Shown here piece by piece: positions 34,869 through 45,429 of a stretch of 64,000 nucleotides of DNA. The DNA is from a virus. Lineage: Duplodnaviria; Caudoviricetes. The DNA lies in IMG/VR virus record IMGVR_UViG_3300023283_000017, positions 3,370 through 67,369 of that record, one strand, 5' to 3'. The notes under the pieces are model-generated. The model had not been told where the DNA came from. It was given only the letters and a program-made list of their open reading frames with translations, and searched no databases. Both the position numbers and the translations under genes were made by a program. How positions within the stretch are numbered: the first letter of the stretch is position 1; each line of letters opens with the position of its first letter.

Positions 34869-35926
34869 TAGTCCACCTCAAACCCAAACTCGGCGGAGTT
34901 TATGCCGGACTGCGTCCACGCTGCACCGGTGTCCGGGTCAGTGCCGAAGAACTCGCCGTGTAGCGCGTATGCTTGCTGAGCCGTGATCGACTCGCCGACC
35001 GTCTCGCTCGTGCCTGACTTAGCCACGGGCGAGAAGGAGATGGTGCCTGTGTCGGGGTTCTTTGCGTGGACTCTTAACTGGACGCCCTTAATCGTGCTCC
35101 AGCCGGTCGTCGAAAAGTTCGGGAACGTGTAAAGATCCCGGTCCCCACTAGTCCCGCTTTCCACGTAGGTCGTATCCTTGTCGAGATCCTGCTCGTCCAC
35201 CTCCACGTAGTTGCTGCCCCCGCCTTGAGGCACGAAGTCGCTACTGGCCCCATCACCGTCCGGGAGCGCCGCGTCTATGCGGTGAGGCCCTAGCTTTCCG
35301 GTGAGGCCCGTTCCGGTGTCGTCCCATATAACTATATCATCCCAGTATGTAAAACCCGTTGTGAAAGACTTACCTTGCATCCCTACCCTCTTAAGGAACT
35401 GCATGTTGCTAGGTCCTCCAGGATCTGAGTTAGTATCCCCAGAAAAGTCGAGCTCTAGGTTGTCGTTTATCCACACCTTCAGGACGCCGCTGGCGTCGTC
35501 GGACGTAACCTCAAACTCTAAGTGGATCCACTCATCGGTCGGCACGACGTAGCCCGTGCTGTTGTCGCTACTCAGGAAGATACTGTCGTCGAAGACCGAG
35601 AAGTAGATCACGTTGTCGGTGCCAACGTATAGCCCGAGGCTATAATCGTCACCTGAGTCACTGCCGTAAATTCGCAGGATTGGCTCCGCGGACGGCACGT
35701 CGGAGGTCTTAAACCACATTGCGGCGCGCAGCGTTGTGGTCGTCGGCGAGCTAGCCAACGGCGCTGAGAGGACGTCATCATCGAATACGCCGAAAGTATC
35801 TCCCCCAAAACGTCCTCCACCTGCGTTGTAAGTCAGGTCGGAGGAGGACCCCTCCCAGGTCCAGCGCTTTAGGAAAGCGTCTTTGCTTCCGTAGGTGTCG
35901 AAGCTTTCCATAAAAAGTACCGCCAT
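34868..35926 (-). CDS. Tail or receptor-binding protein with a LamG/ConA-like domain
   Basis: MAVLFMESFDTY start, EWIHLEFEV...LKVWIND, WDDIVIWD. Confidence 0.65.
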   Translation of the reverse strand: MAVLFMESFDTYGSKDAFLKRWTWEGSSSDLTYNAGGGRFGGDTFGVFDDDVLSAPLASSPTTTTLRAAMWFKTSDVPSAEPILRIYGSDSGDDYSLGLYVGTDNVIYFSVFDDSIFLSSDNSTGYVVPTDEWIHLEFEVTSDDASGVLKVWINDNLELDFSGDTNSDPGGPSNMQFLKRVGMQGKSFTTGFTYWDDIVIWDDTGTGLTGKLGPHRIDAALPDGDGASSDFVPQGGGSNYVEVDEQDLDKDTTYVESGTSGDRDLYTFPNFSTTGWSTIKGVQLRVHAKNPDTGTISFSPVAKSGTSETVGESITAQQAYALHGEFFGTDPDTGAAWTQSGINSAEFGFEVD

Positions 35927-36648
35927 CAGATAGCACCTCCAATTGTGTAGGACACGTCCGCGATGCCGTTAACGGTCCCCGGCGACACCACGTCGAGCCG
36001 GTCCCCAGCAGACACCGCCTGCTGCGACGATAGCGTAAAGCTCGCGGCCGAGGAGCCACTGAGGAAGGTCATCGTTCCAACGGAAGTCCCGTTTAGCTGG
36101 ATGTCGAAGTCGGTGTCGGCGCTCGGCGCCGTCCCGGCATGTCCGGACGCATCCGGAAGGCCCGAAGGAAGCGTGAAAGCCCTGTTGGCCAGGAACCTCA
36201 GGAGGATCGTATTCGTTGGCACCGCTCCGCCGGTGAAGCCTCCAACGTCCACGGTGCCGCCTCCGCCTCCGCCTCCGCCTCCGCCAACCGAGTAGAGGCC
36301 GTCGGCGGTGCCGTCAGTGTAGATCACGATGCCGCTACCAGGGTTGACCGTGACGGTCGTGGACCCTAGGGCGAGGTCGAAGTCCTCCGTATTCGACGAC
36401 GGTGCGCGAATGACGCTAAGTTTCTTCACCGCCTGCAGTGTCAAGGTGCGACCGCTGGTCGTCGTGGACACTTCAAAGGCGAGATGCCTTCGGTAGTCCG
36501 CCGCCGTTACGGTGACGTCCGACGCGTCGAGGTCTATCGTCTCTAGCTCCGTGATAGCGGCGTCTAGCTGGCCCGAGGCGTCGTTGATAGTCACCTCCTT
36601 CTGCTGCTGGCCCGCAGCGACCTGGGAGATGTTTAGGTTGTTACTCAT
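35926..36648 (-). CDS. Tail fibre-like protein with a DUF2793-like N-terminus
   Basis: GQQQKEVTINDA...LD N-terminus; poly-Gly linker. Confidence 0.65.
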   Translation of the reverse strand: MSNNLNISQVAAGQQQKEVTINDASGQLDAAITELETIDLDASDVTVTAADYRRHLAFEVSTTTSGRTLTLQAVKKLSVIRAPSSNTEDFDLALGSTTVTVNPGSGIVIYTDGTADGLYSVGGGGGGGGGGTVDVGGFTGGAVPTNTILLRFLANRAFTLPSGLPDASGHAGTAPSADTDFDIQLNGTSVGTMTFLSGSSAASFTLSSQQAVSAGDRLDVVSPGTVNGIADVSYTIGGAI

Positions 36649-36651
36649 GGT

Positions 36652-39600
36652 CTAGACCTCTATTTCCGCAACTTTGCTCGGGAAACCTCGGTCCACTTGG
36701 GCGCTGACCTGGTAGACCCGAAAGCGGAGCCGCCAAATGTCTTCTTTCACCTCTACGCTTGCGCTGTCAACCGACACGTTGACCGACGAACCTGACTCAC
36801 GATTACCGACCACTCTCATCCTGCACGTGCGAGCGCCAATCGGGGGCTTCGCCTCCAAAGTCACTTGGGTCCAGGAGCCATCGTCCGCGGGATCTAGAGG
36901 CGTTGTGGAGTCTGTGCTCATCACGTTGCCCACAGCGTCCCTCCATTCCGCGTGCACTGTCACCGTGTCAGTATCTCCGAGAGAAGACGCCACGTAGACG
37001 CCGAGACGGAGCGTCACGTTGCGGTCCCTTATACCTGCCGCCATGGCTGAAAGATCGAGGTCTTGACTTACCTCAACTCTCTCCATGGAGGTTTCCTCCA
37101 TGGAGAGCCAGTTAGACCCGGCTTGTGCACCGGCGATGTTACCATCCGTTCCGGTTCGGACCTGTAGAGCATCGCCACCTTCTCGCGTCGTCCAGCCGGG
37201 TACCGTTTCCCCTGCGCTGGTGGTTGCGCTTTCGAAGCCCGAGTTAGAAAGGAATGAACCAGTCAGATCAACGAACCCCGTCGTTGTCGGAAAATCGCTA
37301 CTCTGGTCCACTGAGGTATAGGTATAGGACTTCGAAGTCAACCCATCTACCGTCCTGACGACAACGCCCGCAGCATCGACGATTTCCAGGTCGTATTCCT
37401 CAGAGTCTTCCGCCAACGCCACCTCACCTGTAAAGTCCCGCAGGGCACCGTTCACGCGAGCACGGCGTTCCCAGCTCAAGTCTATGTCCGACCCGAGCGA
37501 CCCGGACGCTGCTAGTTGCACAGGCGCGTATGGCTTAAGGTCGTCACCGTCACCAATACGAGCGAAGGTGCGGCTCTGCTCGAACGATTGGCCCTCGCCC
37601 ACCGCCGAATAAAACCGCTCCTGTCCTACCTCGTCTAGAGACAGAAGTAGCCGGTCAAGTGCTTCTGGCTCGATCAGCATAAAAAGCTCACCAGACGGAT
37701 GTGCGTCTCGCCCCTCAGTCCCGCGCCGACCTCGTAGGAGGCCGGTCAGGGAGTAGGAACCGTCTGAATTTTCCACAGCGTCTCGAAACTGCACTACCTC
37801 TAGATTAGAGCCGTCGCGCTTAAACACAAGCGCAGCATTTGCGCTGTTCAACATTTCCAACTGGCTCACGCCGCTCAATCCAATATCCTGGTTGGTCGTG
37901 AGTATAACTTGAAGTTCATTGTCCTCGTCTGTGGCAAACGGCGAAACGGATGGGGCTAGGGGCTTGGCTAGGACGCCCCACGTGGCCTCTGCCACGGAAG
38001 AGCCGACCTGGGAGAAGTTGGCGTTGTCGGCCGACTTGAACAGCGTACCGGCATTCCATCCAGGTTGACCGAGGCCGGCGAGGGCGTAGTACACCGTCGA
38101 GAACTGCCTTGCTGTGTCGTCTCCATCCCGCAGCAGGACCGTCGGCAAAACGAACCCTCTGGTAATGGCCGAAGTGTTAAAGTCTTGCTTCAACGGGCCG
38201 TCACCATTGTCCGCCGTTGCGTCCGAGTTGTACTGGGCCGGTTGTTGGCTCAGGGCGCTCATTTCCATCACCAAGTCAGCGCCGATCTCAACCTGGGTCA
38301 GGCGTGTCCGGAAGATTGACCCGTTGTCGAGGCTGACGTCTACCAGGTCCCCGGGATCTAGGTCTAGGAACGTCCACGGTAGGCGGAAGCTGTAAGAAGT
38401 GCGCTCCTGCCATGCGCTGATCAAAGCCTTCTCGGCCGACTGCTTCGCGGTTTCCGAACTGACAGCCAAAGGAAGTCCTGTGTTGACCTCTGAGCGAGAT
38501 GACACGGTCTCAACGGGCGCGCGCAATCGTCTTGCTGAATGGGCCTGCTGCTGGTAGTCGAGGGCCGGATCCATATAGGTAAGGGTCACTCGCATAGGAA
38601 GCTCTACTTCCTGTATGCGGCTTTCTCGGAAGAATTCCCCTGACTCGTCGTCTAGGGGTGCTAGCTGATCCTCCAGGATGGTTCTATCGGCAGAGGACCC
38701 TTGTCGAAGGACGAACTTGAGAACGTCGTCGCTTTCAATGGCATCGAAGAAGAACATCTGAGCGAGCTGTTCTAGGCTCGCACGAGCTGTCGATTGACGA
38801 CCTATCACGTAACCAGGCAGATCTATACCATTCAAGTCGCTCACATCTACGTCTGACGACGCTAGTCCCGATTGAAGACACAAATCTTCCACCACGGCGT
38901 CGAGCTGTCCTCCGTCGCCCGACCCGCGGAAAAGCTTGTATTTCCTGCTAACGTCGTAGACTATTCCCGTGCGACTGTCCCAGTACTGAAAGTGCGTACT
39001 CAAGTGGTCGTCAGGGATCCACACACTGTCTTCTTCCTCCAGGATGATCGAGCCGTCGGACAATCTCATGACGTAAGTCTTGGCACCGCCAATCAGAGCC
39101 CACAGCCCCGCCGTGACGTCTGAATGACTAAGACCGTTCTTTTCATTCCTGACGTCCGGCACCGCAGTTTTCCAGATGATCGAGCCGTCGGACGAGTCAA
39201 CTTTGAATACGTAGGAGTTATTGCTTGGAGCAACAGTTTGTTGAAGTATCACACTATCGTCGGTCGGATCGTAAAGAGGAGGTAGTACGGCGGTGAATTC
39301 TGTTGCGCCGGCTTCTAAATCTGTTGCAGAGTAAGAGCCAATTTGCTCGAACTCGAAGCTCGTAGCTTGACGGAATCCTCGAAAAGTGCCTTTATATAGG
39401 TTGAAGTCAGGGCCTCCCGCTAACGACGAGCCAGTCGTTACATAGCACTCGCCAGCAGAATCTGTAACTGCTCCTTGGCACGCGCCATGCGTCCGACTAT
39501 CTGCGATTGGTTGGAAGGTGTCACTATCCCAGACGTACTCGAGTACCCCGCCTGTGGTACGCAAGACAGACACGCTATTGAAGAATGCGCACAAGACCAC

Positions 39601-40674
39601 GGCTGACTCGCCATAGCCCGTGAGCACGGGCGCAGATTGCCCAGTGGGTGTGAATGGTACCTGTGTTTCGCTAGAAAAAATAGAATTTCCTGTTTGGCCG
39701 AAAGTGGCTTGGACTTCAAGCGCGTCCGGGTCTAGCAGCGCCAGTTTGACGCTGTTAGAGATGCCGCTTTGGAGGAGGATGTCGCCTTCCGGCGTCACCA
39801 CGAGCGGGTTAGCCGCTATATCTGGTTCCTCTATAAGCTTCTGCCGAACCTCTCGACCCGCGCGGAGGTCGATGATGCGCAAAACCTCGTCGTTAGCGGG
39901 AGTCTTTCCCCGAGCGTAGAGTCTCGACCGGGCGTCATCGACGTAACCGTGGTCCTTATCGAATTCGTTGGCGATACCTCCCTCGGCAGTCGTTATCAAG
40001 TCGTAGTCTTCTGTCGGGTATTCGTCGGACGCCGCGTCGGTCAGCTCCGCCGTTATGCTCGGGACCCTGTTGCCGAAGTCCTTTAGCGGGAGCCGGTCGA
40101 AGACGATATAGCAGAGCCCTCGATAAGCCGGAGTGTTTGACTCACCTTTGTCCTGAACTATGATGCTGTCAGGCTGTTGGCTTTCGTCCCCGGAATAGAA
40201 GCGGAAGCTCAAACCTACCTTCGCTATGTCGTCGGAGTCCGACGTCTTGTCATAGATCAGCTTCCCGTCGGCCCACATCCGCAGGACGTCCGCCTTCGGG
40301 CCCTCACCGAACGCCAGCGCGAAGGAGGCGAAGTACTCGTAGGTAACGCTGGTCTGCTTTGCCCCACCGCCGCCCTTGCCACCGACCTTGCGAGACTGGA
40401 CGTTCTTCGTCTCCTGTATGCCCGTGCTCCATATCATGTTGCCGCTCAGGCGGATGCGACCGAATGATCGAGGCACTACGGCGCCGTAGGCCGAGGAGGA
40501 TACGGTAAGGTCTCCAAGCCGAGGTCCTTCGGTGCGACTGTCTGGAGCTTCTGGCGAGAACAGAGCAGCGCCAAGCGCCGAGCCAAGTAGCCAGCCAGCC
40601 TGCGGTGACCCGAACAGTCCTCCTACCGCCGCCCCAGCACCGGCGACTATTAGCTGACCAACGCTACCCGACAT
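36652..40674 (-). CDS. GTA-like host-specificity/central tail-tip protein
   Basis: EGPRLGDL...SSAYGAVVPRSFG, PAYRGLCYIVF, ELPMRV...DYQ, LLRGRRGTE; C-terminal beta-sandwich. Confidence 0.88.
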   Translation of the reverse strand: MSGSVGQLIVAGAGAAVGGLFGSPQAGWLLGSALGAALFSPEAPDSRTEGPRLGDLTVSSSAYGAVVPRSFGRIRLSGNMIWSTGIQETKNVQSRKVGGKGGGGAKQTSVTYEYFASFALAFGEGPKADVLRMWADGKLIYDKTSDSDDIAKVGLSFRFYSGDESQQPDSIIVQDKGESNTPAYRGLCYIVFDRLPLKDFGNRVPSITAELTDAASDEYPTEDYDLITTAEGGIANEFDKDHGYVDDARSRLYARGKTPANDEVLRIIDLRAGREVRQKLIEEPDIAANPLVVTPEGDILLQSGISNSVKLALLDPDALEVQATFGQTGNSIFSSETQVPFTPTGQSAPVLTGYGESAVVLCAFFNSVSVLRTTGGVLEYVWDSDTFQPIADSRTHGACQGAVTDSAGECYVTTGSSLAGGPDFNLYKGTFRGFRQATSFEFEQIGSYSATDLEAGATEFTAVLPPLYDPTDDSVILQQTVAPSNNSYVFKVDSSDGSIIWKTAVPDVRNEKNGLSHSDVTAGLWALIGGAKTYVMRLSDGSIILEEEDSVWIPDDHLSTHFQYWDSRTGIVYDVSRKYKLFRGSGDGGQLDAVVEDLCLQSGLASSDVDVSDLNGIDLPGYVIGRQSTARASLEQLAQMFFFDAIESDDVLKFVLRQGSSADRTILEDQLAPLDDESGEFFRESRIQEVELPMRVTLTYMDPALDYQQQAHSARRLRAPVETVSSRSEVNTGLPLAVSSETAKQSAEKALISAWQERTSYSFRLPWTFLDLDPGDLVDVSLDNGSIFRTRLTQVEIGADLVMEMSALSQQPAQYNSDATADNGDGPLKQDFNTSAITRGFVLPTVLLRDGDDTARQFSTVYYALAGLGQPGWNAGTLFKSADNANFSQVGSSVAEATWGVLAKPLAPSVSPFATDEDNELQVILTTNQDIGLSGVSQLEMLNSANAALVFKRDGSNLEVVQFRDAVENSDGSYSLTGLLRGRRGTEGRDAHPSGELFMLIEPEALDRLLLSLDEVGQERFYSAVGEGQSFEQSRTFARIGDGDDLKPYAPVQLAASGSLGSDIDLSWERRARVNGALRDFTGEVALAEDSEEYDLEIVDAAGVVVRTVDGLTSKSYTYTSVDQSSDFPTTTGFVDLTGSFLSNSGFESATTSAGETVPGWTTREGGDALQVRTGTDGNIAGAQAGSNWLSMEETSMERVEVSQDLDLSAMAAGIRDRNVTLRLGVYVASSLGDTDTVTVHAEWRDAVGNVMSTDSTTPLDPADDGSWTQVTLEAKPPIGARTCRMRVVGNRESGSSVNVSVDSASVEVKEDIWRLRFRVYQVSAQVDRGFPSKVAEIEV

Positions 40675-41098
40675 GGTCGATCCCCTTAAAAGCGAAGCAC
40701 GCCGTCAGTTTGTTCATCCACTCTCCTTGGTCGAGGCGTTCCTCCACTACCTTGCGGGCGTGCGCGTAAGCGTGCACTATGCTCAGGTCTCCAGGTGCGC
40801 CGGCCGTGATCGCGGAATGGCACGGGAAGACGTTGTCTCGGAACAGTAACACGTCTCCTGGTTGGACGTTAACCGGAGATTTCTGGTCCATGTTGGCTTT
40901 GAAGTGCGAGAGGAAACGATGACCTACGGTGTGGCGCTGGTAATCGCGGGTATCGTAGTCCGCTAGTCCCATCTCACGAGCCACTACGATGACGAGGCCG
41001 GCGCAGTCGATTCCGTTGCGGCTACGTCCTTGGTGCCGCCATGGCACCTCTAAGAAGGATCGAGCGTGCTCGACGACCTGCTCTCGCTTACTTAGCAT
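40664..41098 (-). CDS. NlpC/P60 tail peptidase (GTA g14-like)
   Basis: VPWRHQGRSRNGIDCAGL, PGDVLLF, HSAI. Confidence 0.9.
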   Translation of the reverse strand: MLSKREQVVEHARSFLEVPWRHQGRSRNGIDCAGLVIVVAREMGLADYDTRDYQRHTVGHRFLSHFKANMDQKSPVNVQPGDVLLFRDNVFPCHSAITAGAPGDLSIVHAYAHARKVVEERLDQGEWMNKLTACFAFKGIDHVG

Positions 41099-42191
41099 CC
41101 GGGTACCGAGTCAGGTCATCAGGGCCAGGCACGTGAGGCTCTCCACGAAAGTTCCAAATGTTACCGCGGCTAGACGGGAAGTCTCGGGAGCCGGGAATAG
41201 CGAACTTACTCGAGCACGTGCTCGTCCTCTTGTCGCATCCTGGAAACAAGCGCACCTTGTCTCCTGAAGCTGGTAGGAATGGGGCAGCGAAGAACAACGT
41301 GATCCTCTGAGCGGACGAGTCCCAGGCTCTTATCTCGATTGAAAGCCCCTGGTTGGGGCCCGTCTCAAAGGTGAGCGCTCCACCGTTGAACCAGTTGTCC
41401 GATGCTCGAGGCTCTGATAGACCGGCAAGATCCAAGGTGAACTCGTCCACGACCGTATCAACAGCCGCGTTCCTCGTCCATGCCTCCCGTGCAGTCCACA
41501 CCACGGTACCGTCCGACGTGGTGTTACCGACTGTCGTGTCGAAGGTCGGCTCGGACGTCGCGCTCGTTCCCTCCGTTGTGCACTCGTAGATGCGATTTTC
41601 GTAGGTTTCCTGGCCAGAACCCGCTGCGGTGGGCACCTTTACGAATGTCCCCAGCGAGTAGTCAGTATCATTCGCACGTTCGGGTGGTTGCACCGGAACT
41701 TTGCACCTAGAGTCGCCAAGGTCTGCCCGACACTCAGGTTGATACATCTCACCGAGCTTCTGGTCGAGGGCCTGGGCCAAGCCGCGCAGCTCCGCTCGAA
41801 AGACTCCTTGCTCGGTGAGCGTGACCTCGCCAATCCAGCCGCGGCGCATCTTGAGTGCGCCATCAGAAATCGACGCCCAGTTGACCAGAAAAATGCGGAC
41901 TTCCGCGTAGTCGAAAAGCCCGGCCCGCAAGTCAGTGATGCTGATCTGATCGCTAGACAGCACTCCTTCTAAGTCGACGTTGTCCACGGAAAATGAAGCC
42001 GAGCTAGTGACGGCCGTTCGAAGATAAGAGGCCTCGGCTAAGTAAGTGTTGCCCTCAAACAGGATGTCGCGGTCGTGATCAGTGAAGTAGAATTCCTGAC
42101 CGTCCTTACGTATGACGCGCCAGCACGTTGCTAAGCTCGTGGTCTCTTCGTCAAGGTGGTTGCGAAGAGCGGAAGAAATGTTCTTGACCAT
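41088..42191 (-). CDS. DUF2163/BR0599 baseplate hub protein (GTA g13-like)
   Basis: TCWRVIRKDG...FTDHD, CRADLGDSRC, GCDKR...C, NFRGEPHVPG. Confidence 0.9.
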   Translation of the reverse strand: MVKNISSALRNHLDEETTSLATCWRVIRKDGQEFYFTDHDRDILFEGNTYLAEASYLRTAVTSSASFSVDNVDLEGVLSSDQISITDLRAGLFDYAEVRIFLVNWASISDGALKMRRGWIGEVTLTEQGVFRAELRGLAQALDQKLGEMYQPECRADLGDSRCKVPVQPPERANDTDYSLGTFVKVPTAAGSGQETYENRIYECTTEGTSATSEPTFDTTVGNTTSDGTVVWTAREAWTRNAAVDTVVDEFTLDLAGLSEPRASDNWFNGGALTFETGPNQGLSIEIRAWDSSAQRITLFFAAPFLPASGDKVRLFPGCDKRTSTCSSKFAIPGSRDFPSSRGNIWNFRGEPHVPGPDDLTRYPDAK

Positions 42192-42817
42192 CAGATGCTC
42201 ACCAATGTTTCGCGGACCTCTATCAGGTCGATTGAAGGAAGGGTCACCGCTCCAGCGAAAAAGGCTCGCAGATCTAGTTTATCTGTATCAAAGCGCACCG
42301 GAACGTCGAACTCGGTCACAAGGCCGACTTGCACACCGTTAGCAGGCGCGGTCGTGAAATCCACGACTCCCGTTGATGTATCTACGGTGAAGCCAGAAGT
42401 TTGCTTCGTTCCGTCGAGGTAGACGTCAACAGAGCCGGTGACCAATCGTGTTAGCGGTCGACTATAAGTCTGTGAACCTGACGAGTACTTGCGCACAGCT
42501 TGAAACTTGTCCTTCGCCCCGTCGCCTATACCGATTATCTCTGGCGACGACGAACTGCCAGCCTTGAAGTCCGTCCAGTCCTTGAACCGGAAAGAGTGTG
42601 CGCGACCCTGACGTGAGTAGAAGAAAGCTAGGACGTCCTCAGCATCCTCCTGCGATTGGATGCCATAGGAGATATCCCATTCACCGCGCGACCGCTCCCA
42701 GTTGATGTTGCGCTTCTCGAAGCCAGAGGAAAGCGTCAGGATGGACGTCTTAAAACGTGGCCCTCCCTGGGCGCCGCTCTCGATGTAGTCGGGGAGTCTT
42801 ACGTCATGAAACGCCAT
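42191..42817 (-). CDS. DUF2460 distal tail protein (GTA g12-like)
   Basis: FHDVRLP, SGFEKRNINW, FRFKDWTD, FDVPVRFDTD. Confidence 0.92.
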   Translation of the reverse strand: MAFHDVRLPDYIESGAQGGPRFKTSILTLSSGFEKRNINWERSRGEWDISYGIQSQEDAEDVLAFFYSRQGRAHSFRFKDWTDFKAGSSSSPEIIGIGDGAKDKFQAVRKYSSGSQTYSRPLTRLVTGSVDVYLDGTKQTSGFTVDTSTGVVDFTTAPANGVQVGLVTEFDVPVRFDTDKLDLRAFFAGAVTLPSIDLIEVRETLVSI

Positions 42818-45429
42818 TAGTTGTTCCTCCGGCGTGCCCGATTGAGCTGAGATGCGCCTCGGGCCATGATCTGACCTTGTGAGCGCTGGAAGCTATCAGC
42901 GTCAGGGGTCTGAATATAGAAGTTCTGAACGATGGTGGTACTACCACCCGCGTCCTCGCCGTTGTTGATGGCCTCGAGCGTTGAACGGTTGCGCTTGGTC
43001 GCAGCCGCGTTGACAACGAACTCGCCATCAGAGACCGCAGCCAACCCAGCGTCTGACCGGGGACCTCCAGGCGCGCGCACCATTCCCCCATCAGCGAAAG
43101 CCCCCAGCGTCTGACCCGCTATGGCTGCGAGAGGGTTGGAACCAAAACCGCCTCCGAAACCACCGAAGCCGCCTCCAATGATCGCGGTCAAGGCTTGGTC
43201 CGTCAGGATCTTGATGCTGAGCTCGGTCAGAGACGCAATGAGGTCGCCTATCGCCTGGCTCGCTACCTTCTTGATTGAGTCACCGAAGCTCTCGGTTCCC
43301 GTGATCGCGTCGGAAATGGCTTGCGAGTAGCCCCGAGACAGTGTGTTGAACACCTGACCGAACGCGGCGCCCGCCTCGACTTCAAACGAGCGCACGCCGT
43401 CGGTCATCCGGCCTAGTTCAACAAGAAAGCCGTCTGCAAAGCCGCCACCGCCCGCTTCGGTCTTGAGTTCCATCATGCGGAGCCGCGTATCGACGAGCTC
43501 TCGGTTGAACACACGAGCACCGATGGCGCCTTTCTGGTACAACGCGGTGAGGTCGTTTAAACGCGTTTGCAGCTCTGCGGTCGGGTTTGTAAGTTCCTGC
43601 AATAGCTGCTTCTGCCGCTTGAGGTCCTCGTTCAGATCTTTGTTCTTTTTCGACGCGCGTCCGGCAGCCTTACCGGCCTCGTCGACCGCGTCGCCCGCAC
43701 TGTTAGACCCTGTCTGAACGTCGCTGAAGGTTCGGTTGAGCAGCTCGTTGGCGTTCGCCGCTTCCTTTGCGTCCTCCTTTACCTCCTCAAGGTTCTTCGA
43801 GAACTCGTCTTTCAAAGACGAGGCCGCACCCGAAACAGCTTCACCGAACTCACCCACAAAGTCACGCTGCTGGTTGCTAAATGCGGTAGTGATGGCGTCC
43901 CCTGCAGTGGCCAAGTCAGCGACGAGGCCGCGCGTGTCTGCTCGCAGACCGTCGAGATCAACCGTAAGCGCGTTTCGGATTGATGCGCCGACATCTTCCG
44001 ACACGCCGGGAATGAAGCCAAGGGCGTCTCCTAACGCCCCGAGACCCTTGACCAGCGCGTTGATGATGCCCTCGACGGCACTCACCACGACGTTGCGAGC
44101 ACCTGCCATCGCAGCACGAAACACAGCGGGGATGCCTTTCGTGATGGCGGGGCGAATAGCAGCTACCAGACCGACGAAGAGGCCGATATTGATGTTGATC
44201 GCTTTCTTCACGAAGCCGACGATTCCGTCCAACGTGATACCCCAGTCGTCGAGGAACCCGCTGAGCCCGGTGCGGATGCGCTCGAAGAACGCGCCACCAG
44301 CGTCAACCATGGTGCTGAAAGCGGCGCTTGCAATCTCGGTCAATCCACTCAGAACGCCTGCGACTGTCATGATACCGGCTTTGACCATCTGCCAGACGCT
44401 AGCCGTCTCGCCGCCTACTGCTACCGTGGTGTCCCCGAACGCGCCTATTGCTGCTGTCGCACCCGCGATGGCGACGGTCAGAAGTCCAATAGGGTTGGAG
44501 GCTAGGGCAAGCGTCAGAGAGGCAACGCTGCGGACAAGAACTGTTCCGATGATGATGGCTAGGCCGGCCGCCGCTCCTGCGACGGCCTCGAAATTGTCGG
44601 CGATCTTCAGTATGCCTCGTGCGAACACTTCGCCAATCGCGCCCGCATTGTTGAGGTTGCGCGTGAAGTCCAGCACCTTGTTGTTGAGGACGGTGAAAGC
44701 GTTGCTGATAGTCGGCGTGATCTGGGCGAACTCTTCATCCAGGTTTGAGTTCTGGAAAGCCGACACGATCAGGTCCGCTGTCAGCTTGCCTTCCGACGCG
44801 AGATCCCGAAGATCACCGCGCGTGACGCGCGCGCCTTTCGACGTCCGGTTCAGCTCTTGGACGACGACGTCTAGCAGCTTCGGGATGTTCTCGGACACTG
44901 ACACGAACTCGTCGCCTCGAAGAGCACCCGCGGCAAGACCCTGCGCAAGCTGCCGGAGTGCGGCGGCACCCTGCTGCGCATTAGTACCCGAGATGATCAA
45001 GGTCTGGTTCAGCTTTTCAACCAAGCCGAGCTGCTCTCGATAGGTAAGGTTGAGCCCCTTGGTAGCGACACCCAGCTTCTTGAACACTTCCGCGTTGTCC
45101 GCGATGCTCGTGCGCGTGCGCTGCGAAATCTTGAAGAGCTCATCGTAGACAGCGTTGAGTTCACCCGTCGTGTTAGTGACCAAGCGGAGCTGGTTGTCTA
45201 TCTGAGTTGTCACATCCAGCAGCCTCGAGAATTCTCGGACAGCTAGACCGACGCCGACAGCGGCAAAGGCGGCTTGAAGGCCGCCGATGCCGTTCTGAAG
45301 ACGCTCGAACTGCGATTCCGTGCGCTTGGCTTTGCGACCCGAGCGGTCGAGCGCACCATCAAAGTCCCGGAGGCCCTTAACGCCCGGTCGAGAATCGACC
45401 CCTACGCGTAGAGTGCTTTCCTGGACCAT
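42817..45429 (-). CDS. Tape measure protein
   Basis: 870 aa, Ala/Gly-rich helical; QLAQGLAAGALRGDEF tape-measure motif; C-terminal FADGG...GGPRSD. Confidence 0.93.
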   Translation of the reverse strand: MVQESTLRVGVDSRPGVKGLRDFDGALDRSGRKAKRTESQFERLQNGIGGLQAAFAAVGVGLAVREFSRLLDVTTQIDNQLRLVTNTTGELNAVYDELFKISQRTRTSIADNAEVFKKLGVATKGLNLTYREQLGLVEKLNQTLIISGTNAQQGAAALRQLAQGLAAGALRGDEFVSVSENIPKLLDVVVQELNRTSKGARVTRGDLRDLASEGKLTADLIVSAFQNSNLDEEFAQITPTISNAFTVLNNKVLDFTRNLNNAGAIGEVFARGILKIADNFEAVAGAAAGLAIIIGTVLVRSVASLTLALASNPIGLLTVAIAGATAAIGAFGDTTVAVGGETASVWQMVKAGIMTVAGVLSGLTEIASAAFSTMVDAGGAFFERIRTGLSGFLDDWGITLDGIVGFVKKAININIGLFVGLVAAIRPAITKGIPAVFRAAMAGARNVVVSAVEGIINALVKGLGALGDALGFIPGVSEDVGASIRNALTVDLDGLRADTRGLVADLATAGDAITTAFSNQQRDFVGEFGEAVSGAASSLKDEFSKNLEEVKEDAKEAANANELLNRTFSDVQTGSNSAGDAVDEAGKAAGRASKKNKDLNEDLKRQKQLLQELTNPTAELQTRLNDLTALYQKGAIGARVFNRELVDTRLRMMELKTEAGGGGFADGFLVELGRMTDGVRSFEVEAGAAFGQVFNTLSRGYSQAISDAITGTESFGDSIKKVASQAIGDLIASLTELSIKILTDQALTAIIGGGFGGFGGGFGSNPLAAIAGQTLGAFADGGMVRAPGGPRSDAGLAAVSDGEFVVNAAATKRNRSTLEAINNGEDAGGSTTIVQNFYIQTPDADSFQRSQGQIMARGASQLNRARRRNN

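Noticed and set aside
36652-42817. Gene transfer agent
   Set aside because: The GTA-like tail genes sit in a genome with its own replication, modification and lysis genes
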